DNA of 63,874 nucleotides, filler included, from Barthelona sp. PAP020 (taxonomy: Eukaryota), in NCBI GenBank assembly GCA_040182905.1. It is 10 parts of 10 records of this genome, joined end to end, with 100 filler letters (N's around TTAATTAATTAA, not from the genome) between each part and the next. Parts side by side here need not be neighbours in the genome. Positions count along the whole stretch, not along the records: positions 51,314 to 57,594 come from JARQWU010000559.1; positions 57,695 to 63,874 come from JARQWU010000560.1; 8 more parts are not named here. One strand, written 5' to 3'. A program made the translations under genes and the position numbers. This document shows, piece by piece, positions 56,161 to 63,874 of the stretch. The notes beneath the pieces are model-generated. The model did no database searches. It saw only the letters and a program-made list of their open reading frames with translations, and had not been told where the DNA came from. Each line of letters opens with the position of its first letter. Position 1 is the first letter of the stretch.

Positions 56161-57060
56161 TTCTTTTTCCAAATATTTGTGGTATTTGCCACATATAATT
56201 TCACGAAGTAGTTCCGCTGTGTTTTTATTTGTGTGAAATTTGAAAAATGATGTCAAAGATAGCTGAATTTGACCTTTTGTTAAAATAAACTTTCTGTTGT
56301 GGCCCTTGTAAACAGAGCAAAAATGTGAATACCAATCAACAACAAAAAAATGACATTTAAAAAGTTCTCTAAAGTGTTCAGGACGCCAAGGGTGTTTATC
56401 GTCGTTAGATTTCAATCTTTTTAAAAACTTTATGAAGTACTGACGATCATATTGGTATCCCAATTTAATAAATGTATTAAACAAAATATTAGAAGACACA
56501 TTGTACCTTAAAAGTACAGTTAATAAGTACATGTGACGTAGATTGAACAGGGGAGTGGAACTTTTCATCTTTCTTTTTCCCTTTCCCGTATTGTCTATCG
56601 TTAGCTGTGATGAATATATTTCAGTAATGTTAATATCTATGTTATTGCCTTGGAAGTCTTGAAAAAATAAACAATATACAAGAATTGGATGACTGATGTG
56701 GATCAACTTTACGCTTTTGAATATGTTGATTTCATTCCGTGATAATTGTTGTAAAAAATAACTACGCACGTTTAGAGTGCATAAATATTCAAAAAAAATT
56801 TTTTTGATGTGCAATTCTTCGAATTGAGATGGTTTTTGGGACAACATCTCATTTAATATTTTATTTGCCATATGTACGTTGTTTAATAGGCTGTTACGTC
56901 TGAATATATTATATAATTCTTGTGAAAAATATGTTTCGTAATTCGTTAAATCTAAATATTCAACTTCATTCGTTTTTTCATGGTCTAACACATCCTCCTG
57001 TGTTATATCAATATCAATAATATCATCAATATCATTTGTTTCATAAATGGGAGCAATAAC
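56160..57060 (-). pseudogene. Orphan ORF fragment embedded between retroelement pieces
   Basis: 289-codon ORF (56991-56122) with no ATG start; an apparent upstream extension (SPVIAPIYETNDIDDIIDIDI) is in another frame; its end reads into the RLE fragment. Confidence 0.5.
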
Positions 57061-57064
57061 TGGA

Positions 57065-57466
57065 GATCTACTACTAGGGCTATTAAACGTATTTACTAGA
57101 CTCTTTTACCGTCATACTGGGACGTTTGAGCAACAATTAGACCTAAAAATGTTGTTCGGTGTGAAGTTGGGCCAATCGGTTGAAGAGAGTGGATGCCATT
57201 CTATATTTGATCCTCTTGAGCATGTAATTAAGCACAAATGAGTCGATTCTATTGGTTATTGTTTGTAAGAGTTCGACCATTTCGGTGTTAATGTCACCAC
57301 GCTCGGAGAAAACCAAAGGAGTGAGTGAATCATCCTGTTTCTTCTTCCTCCGTTGTCCCACCTTGATTTGATCCACTATAGTTATATCATAGACCTTTGA
57401 TCCTAACAGTGGGTCAGTTAATAACAGGTCACCACGTTTTCTTGTACCACAAGGTTCTTGTACTAC
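57065..57466 (-). mobile_element. 5'-truncated RLE-type non-LTR retrotransposon 3' end, copy 2
   Basis: VVQEPCGTRKRGDLLLTDPLLGSKVYDITIVDQIKVGQRRKKK...PLVFSERG...HTEQHF*; its 3' UTR shares 33 of 34 nt (57090-57123) with copy 1 (55426-55459). Confidence 0.75.
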
Positions 57467-57594
57467 TATTTTACCTATTTACGTTTTAAATGCTACACAT
57501 TGTTACTTTGTTGCCTGTAGCAGGGCCCAGAACTCTGCGAGAAGTCCAGCTAGCCTGTACCTGATGCGAGGCCAGAGCGTGTGCTTGACGTATG
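57466..57594 (-). mobile_element. Extreme 3' end of a fourth RLE element, cut by contig end
   Basis: YVKHTLWPRIRYRLAGLLAEFWALLQATK* (57592-57503) parallels the other C-termini; terminal 17-mer 57466-57482 is identical to 55416-55432. Confidence 0.6.
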
Positions 57595-57694
57595 NNNNNN
57601 NNNNNNNNNNNNNNNNNNNNNNNNNNNNNNNNNNNNNNTTAATTAATTAANNNNNNNNNNNNNNNNNNNNNNNNNNNNNNNNNNNNNNNNNNNN

Positions 57695-57885
57695 CTGGTT
57701 TGGCTTCTTTAATATTAGAAGAAAATGACATCATCATTGAGAATAAAGAAAAAGTGATGGAAATTCTTGTTGACTTGTTTGATGAAAATTCTTTACTAAA
57801 TCAAAAACCTGAAGTTAAAAGTTTGTTGGAAGAAATATTTGCGGAAAAAAAAGATTGGTTAACAGACATAGGTATTTCTTTTTAA
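57695..57885 (+). CDS. 3' end of an unidentified gene
   Basis: Open from the linker; helical acidic sequence ending DWLTDIGISF*. Confidence 0.55.
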
Positions 57886-58385
57886 TAAATCAAGAATTTT
57901 TTTAATTTTTCTTCTTGTTCAAGCCTTTTCCAGAACTGTACCAAATCAGAGTTTGGAGATTAAATGAAAACCAAGGACGGGTGATACTTTTCTGAAAAGA
58001 ACCTCTCATTGTTGAGTCTTGCCTTTTCATATGGTTTAACAGGAGGGCTACACGCTATACTGAATGCGAAAAATCACATTATTATTTCTCAAAAGAGCCG
58101 TATGCTCCAATTTTCTTGAAGCTATCTTTTGTGTAGGTTTTCTTGAGTGCATCTTGGCAGACCAAAATTTGGGGAAGGTTATGGAAAAGTTCCGAACTTT
58201 GAAGAAGAAGGAAGATTTGGATAATTTTGTTTAGTAAAAATGATGGGCAAGCAAATAATCCTCATTTTCAAAAAATTTTTGAAGATTAATGTACTGTTCC
58301 ATTTCCAAAAACCATATTTAAATAAAAAACAAAATATTAACATTTACAATTTGCAAATATTGCACATAAAATTCTACCCTTCAAA

Positions 58386-59213
58386 TTAAGTGGTTAAAAT
58401 TGAAGACAAATGTCTTTCAAAATTCTGATAATTTCTTCCCTCTTTATTGGGGATTGAAAATGTAACGTAATTAAATAACCCTTTAAATTCATTTTCGAGC
58501 AAACTTTTAAAAGCTTCTGCAACTACTCGAGTGACATTTCTAAACGCACCACAACCATATGCTCCTAAAATAACATTTTTTATTCCCTTGTTTACCATCA
58601 ACTTTAAAAATAAAAACAATCTTTCTTTGATGATATCACTATAATTTGCCGGGTAATCTGCATAAAATGAAAAACATGGAGCAGCACTAGTAACTATATC
58701 AATGCAAAAAGGCTCTGATAATAAATGAGTTTCCTCATTTCTGAAAATTGGAACTTTGGGGGAATAAATAACATCATTTGTTCCAATAACCATATCTGCT
58801 TCCTTTCCTCTTTGATAATATGAAGTTTGAGGTATCAAAGTCGCATATAAACCACTAGCAAGACAACAATTTTCTTCTTGAGCTCTGGCCAAACGAAGAA
58901 ATCCACCACCAGGTTCAACAGGATTTGCAAAATTTAAAAAACAGCAGTTGTCTTTGAAACGATCATAAACTCTTTTTGCAGCGCCAATTGTTGATTCATC
59001 ATTAATTTCAATGATAGTTTGATTTGAATAATTGGGTTCAGGAAGGGGTAAATCTCTCAATTCATTTTCATGAAAATGTTTGGCATTGTTTACAGCTGCA
59101 TCTAGTTCTTGAGAAATGTCAATCTTTTTTTCAATACAATAATATTCCTTATCTTCCATTATTTGAATTGTTTGATCAACATAAAACCTCAAATCATTAC
59201 TATTTAATCTCAT
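58386..59213 (-). CDS. TIGR02452/DUF2263 bacterial-type PARG macrodomain protein
   Basis: FLNFANPVEPGGGFLRLARAQEENCC..SGLY, IYSPKVPIFR, VTSAAP, ILGAYGCGAFRN. Confidence 0.9.
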   Translation of the reverse strand: MRLNSNDLRFYVDQTIQIMEDKEYYCIEKKIDISQELDAAVNNAKHFHENELRDLPLPEPNYSNQTIIEINDESTIGAAKRVYDRFKDNCCFLNFANPVEPGGGFLRLARAQEENCCLASGLYATLIPQTSYYQRGKEADMVIGTNDVIYSPKVPIFRNEETHLLSEPFCIDIVTSAAPCFSFYADYPANYSDIIKERLFLFLKLMVNKGIKNVILGAYGCGAFRNVTRVVAEAFKSLLENEFKGLFNYVTFSIPNKEGRNYQNFERHLSSILTT

Positions 59214-59666
59214 TGCAAAATGGTTGAAAACAAAACAAAAGAAAAATCAAAGTAGAAATCAAATCCACTAAAAACCAAAAAAAATCATGCAAAAACACCC
59301 AATTAACCTTTTTGAGGCTGTTTTTTGGTAGGTTGGGCAGAGGAAAAGGTTAGTATTTATGTTCAGAACATTCTTCAAAATCTGCTCTCATAACTTTATT
59401 GTCATTATATATTTTATTCTTTCTTTGAGATATCACCTGACAGAAGACAATTAGGAACAGAAAATGTGAAAATGAAGCTGCTAAGTTTATTCATTTGAAT
59501 AAAGAGTTCTTTGTGATTACACAACACAATCAAATTAAAAGGAAATATTACATTTATATATGGTGTTAAAATAGAGCCTACTTGACAAAGTGTAAAGAAC
59601 CATTCAACATACAATGTGGGGAAGGAAGCAAATGGGCAAAATATACACTATCTATCTGGATAAAAT

Positions 59667-61727
59667 CTACAAATCAGAATAAGCCAAATAACCATGTGGA
59701 GTACCAGTATCGAAAGGTTCGGTCACATCTATCTGTACAACAGCGCTTGTGTCACTTGAAGCACTATATAGGCAAGCACAAGGAACAATAGCAAAGTCAG
59801 TCTCACCAATTCTCAATGAAACAGAAGAGCCATTTTCATCAACAAATAAAACCGGTTTTCCATTCAAAAAGAAAGAAAATACTCTTGTCTCTGGATCATA
59901 TCCGCAACCAACAGAATCATTGGACTCAAATTTCTGTTCAACCAAACAAGACTTACCATTAATGTGTAAATATCCATCATTTTGCCAAATACAACCAAAA
60001 GAATGAGGAATTTTTCCTTCCATTAAACCAGGGATTTCTTTTCCATCCAAGTTATTTCTTTCAACATCCCATCCTATTCCAATGGATACCTTATCCAATT
60101 TAAAGGTAGGTTGCAATACTTTTGCAGTCCAGTATAGTTTGAAATTATCTTTGGTAGACCTCATGACGCCAACCCTCGCAATACCATAACGACCAGGTTT
60201 AATAATTCTTGCTGTGAACCCGTCATTATCAATCATCATGGAATTAGAAGAAGCTTGCAATTGTAAAGAGGGGAAAAACTTGCGTCGATTTGCAATTTCA
60301 GCTTCAATAAGATCAGGAAACTCATTTACACGGTCAATCATAAGCAATCTCAACTTATCCAATGTCAATCCTTGATATCTACTGGTTGCCTGGCCTCGAC
60401 GCGTGGCTAACTCTCGACGAACCAAATCTCGAGCAATTGGAGGACGATCAAGATCTGCCATATATTGCAAATCATTCAGTTTGAGCCTGGAAAGAATAGC
60501 CTTGTAAGTTTGCGTTGACAACAAAGAATTATCTCGCAAAGCTTCATTATAGTAGAATTGTTGAATTTTAGTACAAATTTCCATTATTGCTGCTTCTCGA
60601 ACAAGAGGGGCTTGAAGATCATCAGCCAAAATGCACAATCTTACTGGATCTTCACCAAATATATCATTGATCTGATCTTGCAATTTTTTCAATGCTCCTT
60701 CTAAACTTTGACATTGGGTCAATAAAGAACGTTCAGACATGGTCTTAGTTGTGGTAATTTCACCCTCAAAAAATTTTTTGATACTATCTCTCCAAGTATC
60801 AAATCTTTGAGACAATTGTAGACTTTCCATCTCTCGAATACGTAGGTATCGTGCACGAATAGCAGCAACTTCTGCTTCAAATAAACGGTTAATCTTACGA
60901 TCCATCAATCGTTCTTCTTGAACTTGTGCCTCAACAAGAACATTTAATCGTCCACTCATGTCGTGATTTAACGAAGAAACAACCTCGGAGGATAAGGTGG
61001 CGTAAAGTTTCTTTAATTCTGATAATTTTTGCTCTCCATCAGAACGTAACGAATGCAAATGTGGATGTTGACAACATCGAAGAAATCTAACAAAATTCGT
61101 ATATTCAAAATGGTTGAACGTCCTGGAACCTTCATATTGAGGAGACATATCACTTAGTGTAATATGCTGTGTTTGTTGGGTTGTGAGAGGAACCCAATCT
61201 GCAACAGCTTGACTAAAAAAATGAGATTGTTGAACAAGTGGTTCAGAAGGAACAATAAAAGATTGACTGGGAAATCCGTATCCTTCAACAGTAATTCGCA
61301 ATTGATCATTATTAGTTTCTGTTTCTTTTTCATACAAAACGTTCTGAGGATCTTCAGATTGAGCTTCTTTTTTTAAATTTAAGCATCTTTGCAACAACTC
61401 ATACCGATCTGAAAAAGATGGAAGTGTAGATATCACTCTGTAACGTTCCTGTAAAGCATATAAATCCCTTTCATATCGAAAAATTTGAGGATATTTTCTA
61501 TTCTTAGATTTAAATGCAGATAAAATGGCTTTCCAAGGCTTTTGTGGTGGTTGTTCTCGCATTGTTATTAATAATTCATCCTCTTGAATAGCCCAAACAT
61601 TCTCTAAAAAATCAACTTCTCTTTCCTTCTCTTTGATTGCTGTTTTATCAATTTCTTCATCAATTTCTTCATTTTCAATTTCAAAATGTAATGTAGGATA
61701 CAATAAATTAGGTTGACTTAATACCAT
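59667..61727 (-). CDS. Multi-domain protein: Myb/SANT-like N-terminus, coiled coil, BACK-like segment, C-terminal SPRY
   Basis: WAIQEDELL...PWKAI; LCILADDLQAPLVREAAIMEI; LYWTAKV..SIGIGW...GCIWQNDG.L...FESNDSVGCGYD...FFLNGK. Confidence 0.75.
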   Translation of the reverse strand: MVLSQPNLLYPTLHFEIENEEIDEEIDKTAIKEKEREVDFLENVWAIQEDELLITMREQPPQKPWKAILSAFKSKNRKYPQIFRYERDLYALQERYRVISTLPSFSDRYELLQRCLNLKKEAQSEDPQNVLYEKETETNNDQLRITVEGYGFPSQSFIVPSEPLVQQSHFFSQAVADWVPLTTQQTQHITLSDMSPQYEGSRTFNHFEYTNFVRFLRCCQHPHLHSLRSDGEQKLSELKKLYATLSSEVVSSLNHDMSGRLNVLVEAQVQEERLMDRKINRLFEAEVAAIRARYLRIREMESLQLSQRFDTWRDSIKKFFEGEITTTKTMSERSLLTQCQSLEGALKKLQDQINDIFGEDPVRLCILADDLQAPLVREAAIMEICTKIQQFYYNEALRDNSLLSTQTYKAILSRLKLNDLQYMADLDRPPIARDLVRRELATRRGQATSRYQGLTLDKLRLLMIDRVNEFPDLIEAEIANRRKFFPSLQLQASSNSMMIDNDGFTARIIKPGRYGIARVGVMRSTKDNFKLYWTAKVLQPTFKLDKVSIGIGWDVERNNLDGKEIPGLMEGKIPHSFGCIWQNDGYLHINGKSCLVEQKFESNDSVGCGYDPETRVFSFFLNGKPVLFVDENGSSVSLRIGETDFAIVPCACLYSASSDTSAVVQIDVTEPFDTGTPHGYLAYSDL

Positions 61728-61939
61728 TATTTAATTAATCAAAAAAATCACATTAATGTAAATATTTACTTTTTAAAATTCATACTTTTTATTTATTTAA
61801 GTGTAAACAAATGAATATTCAACTCCTCTAATTCTCAAAATCGAAAAAAAAAATCAAAAAAAAAAAAATCATTGTTCTTTCACATGTTTATAAAACAACA
61901 ACAAAATATTCAATTCCGAAAGTAATAATAACTATGTCA

Positions 61940-62336
61940 TTAGTTTTGACTTTCCTTACGGGGACGAAGATCGGGACATTTGCAACGACGACAAACCTTA
62001 GCACCAATAGGGTTACGAGCATAACATCCACGGCAAATATACTTGTTAACTCTAGTTTTTAAAGCAACAGCCTTGAGGGTAGGATCATAATCCCAACCAG
62101 ATGAACCACCACCGATTAATCCGCAGAATTCATCAACAACAGCATTCTCTGAAATGTTGGCAGAAAGAACGTTCATGTTTTTGTTGTAAATCTTTCCATT
62201 ATAAACGACTTTAAAGTTAGAAATACGAAAAAAAAATCGTGATACCAGATTCGACTTTCAAATCGCCAAAAGTAGTTTCGTTATTGGCAGAAACAGCAGA
62301 TAAAGAACCAGAAGCAGTACGAATGTAGAAATGCAT
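61940..62336 (-). CDS. RPL40: Ubiquitin-like domain - ribosomal protein eL40 fusion (exons 62336-62246 and 62208-61940)
   Basis: Removing the 37-nt intron GTATCA...CTAACTTTAAAG gives MHFYIRTASG...VVYNGK...GLIGG followed by GSSGWDYDPTLKAVALKTRVNKYICRGCYARNPIGAKVCRRCKCPDLRPRK. Confidence 0.9.
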
Positions 62337-62540
62337 CCTTGGAATTGAATAAAGATTGATTTTTATAAAATTTTTTATGAATTTTTTTCCAATGTTTTTT
62401 TCTTTTCTTTCCTTCAACATGTTTACCCAATGAATTCAGTTGGTCAACATAAAGCGTTTAAGTGTTTCAATTCAATAAAAAAGAAAAAATAAACTACAAA
62501 ACAATTTATACAATTCACAAAAAGACTAAACAAATAATTA

Positions 62541-63686
62541 TTATTTACGAAATGTGTTTTCCAATTGCGTCAATCTCTGTTCAAATAATTTCAATCCTTC
62601 CAAACGAACATATCTTTCTTTAACATTTTGAACATCTTGTTTGATATTTTCCATTGAAAAAGCATTATTTTTAAGACTATCTTGTAATTCACCAACAATA
62701 ACAATTAATTGCTCAGCACAATTCATAACGTCTTTCATTTCACTGTCGAATTGATTGCATCTAAGTGCTAATTTTGTATTTTCTTTATTTATTTGGTTTG
62801 ATATTTCTATATTATTCAAATGAGGAGATCGTATGTGAGTTTCCAATTGATTTGTTAATGTTTCCATCAAAGAAGAAACATTGTTTTGAAAACTGGATAT
62901 TTTTTCATCAAAGGTTCCAAATTTATTATCCATTAATTTGTATGTCAAAGTTCTATCTGCCTTTGATTCAATTATATCTGTTGTTGAATCAGAATAATCC
63001 ACAAATCTTTCATTTAATTCTGTAATACGATCATTCATTGTTTCTGATGCATCAACCAATGATGCTATTGATAGTTTTAAATCATCTTTACTTTCTTCTA
63101 AAGCTTCAATTGAAGGATACATTTTATTTTGATTATTGTTTAAAGAACTGGTTATTTCTTGTAATTCGGATATATCTGATCTTATTTCATCAAATTTTGA
63201 ACAAGCAACAACATGGTTTGTTACCAGCTCATTAATTGGTTTGATATTACTTTCAAAATGTAAATCTATTGCATCTTTAATTTCTTTAATTGTCAAATAA
63301 TCTTTTAAATGCTCTTTATAAACCAAATTAGAGTTAAGTTGTTCAAACTCCAAATGAGTAAGATAATTACCCAATATTTTGTTTAATTTATCTTTTGTTA
63401 CATAATTATCAATACTACTAACCAATTGAATTATGTTTTCATTTTGGCGGCAAACTTGTTTGTTCAATTCAACAAATCTTTCTTCTTCCACACATATTCT
63501 CTGATTTCTTTCCAATAAATTTATTGTTCCTTCCATTTCAGTGATTCTATGTTCCAATTTTTTAATGTATTTGGCCTGTTTATCCATAAATAGTGTCAAA
63601 GATTCCAATGACGAACGTACAGGAGTTTGAACATTTGTCCATTCTCCTGTTGCATTTCTAAGATTTTGTAACCACTCTGAGTTCAT
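62541..63686 (-). CDS. Coiled-coil protein
   Basis: About 381 aa, heptad-rich; start MNSEWLQ at 63686. Confidence 0.7.
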   Translation of the reverse strand: MNSEWLQNLRNATGEWTNVQTPVRSSLESLTLFMDKQAKYIKKLEHRITEMEGTINLLERNQRICVEEERFVELNKQVCRQNENIIQLVSSIDNYVTKDKLNKILGNYLTHLEFEQLNSNLVYKEHLKDYLTIKEIKDAIDLHFESNIKPINELVTNHVVACSKFDEIRSDISELQEITSSLNNNQNKMYPSIEALEESKDDLKLSIASLVDASETMNDRITELNERFVDYSDSTTDIIESKADRTLTYKLMDNKFGTFDEKISSFQNNVSSLMETLTNQLETHIRSPHLNNIEISNQINKENTKLALRCNQFDSEMKDVMNCAEQLIVIVGELQDSLKNNAFSMENIKQDVQNVKERYVRLEGLKLFEQRLTQLENTFRK

Positions 63687-63748
63687 ATCGAAATCGAAAA
63701 AAAAAAAAATGTAACCAATTACAAACAAAAAGTGCTGGAATTTACAAA

Positions 63749-63874
63749 TTATAAACCACCACGAAGTCTGAGAACTAAGTGAAGGGTTGAATCCTTGGGA
63801 ATATTATAATCAGCTAAGGTTCTTCCTTCATCCAATTGCTTACCGGCAAAGATGAGACGTTGTTGATCAGGAGG
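63749..63874 (-). CDS. Ubiquitin, C-terminal part (5' end outside the window)
   Basis: [41 protein letters not shown]. Confidence 0.95.
   Translation of the reverse strand, partial: PPDQQRLIFAGKQLDEGRTLADYNIPKDSTLHLVLRLRGGL

Noticed and set aside
6410..57694. Regularly spaced TTAATTAATTAA palindromes every ~6.4 kb
   Set aside because: Artificial contig linkers embedded in N runs; the periodicity reflects similar contig lengths.
57900..58250. Relatively GC-rich intergenic stretch, possible RNase P/MRP or snoRNA
   Set aside because: No complete set of conserved boxes found by eye; needs cmscan.
1..63874. CRISPR arrays, prokaryotic operons or defence islands
   Set aside because: No repeat-spacer array seen; bacterial-like genes are isolated among eukaryotic genes on separate contigs.

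Overview
AT-rich, gene-dense eukaryotic (protist) nuclear DNA in the standard genetic code. It is not one locus: ten contigs of about 6.2-6.4 kb are joined by nine artificial 100-nt linkers (N44-TTAATTAATTAA-N44), so adjacency across a linker means nothing. Housekeeping genes include RPAP1, TBCCD1, eL13, NF-YB, DPH7, NFRKB, SAC3/GANP, SSRP1, TMEM167, AP-2 mu, CFIm25, SAE1, eIF4E, AHA1, RPB11/AC19, eL40, ubiquitin and one tRNA-Cys. Flagellum/centriole-associated genes (MORN3-like, RIIAD1-like, TBCCD1), a PPi-dependent PEP carboxykinase and rare 37-68 nt introns with the branch point close to the 3' splice site suggest a flagellated anaerobe, possibly a metamonad (inference only). The most unusual features are: (1) a head-to-tail, co-oriented stack of four 5'-truncated 3' ends of restriction-like-endonuclease (RLE) non-LTR retrotransposons around an orphan ORF (55.4-57.6 kb); (2) a bacterial-type extracellular sensor fused to an apparently dead histidine-kinase/receiver chassis; (3) a ~310-bp dispersed non-coding element with perfectly conserved hairpin-bearing islands; (4) a WD40 family with a shared unrecognised C-terminal domain, plus a kinase-WD40 fusion; (5) eL40 fused to a degenerate ubiquitin-like domain; (6) several intronless bacterial-like genes (GT4, DUF3737, TIGR02452 PARG-like). 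All calls come from manual motif recognition; no searches were run.
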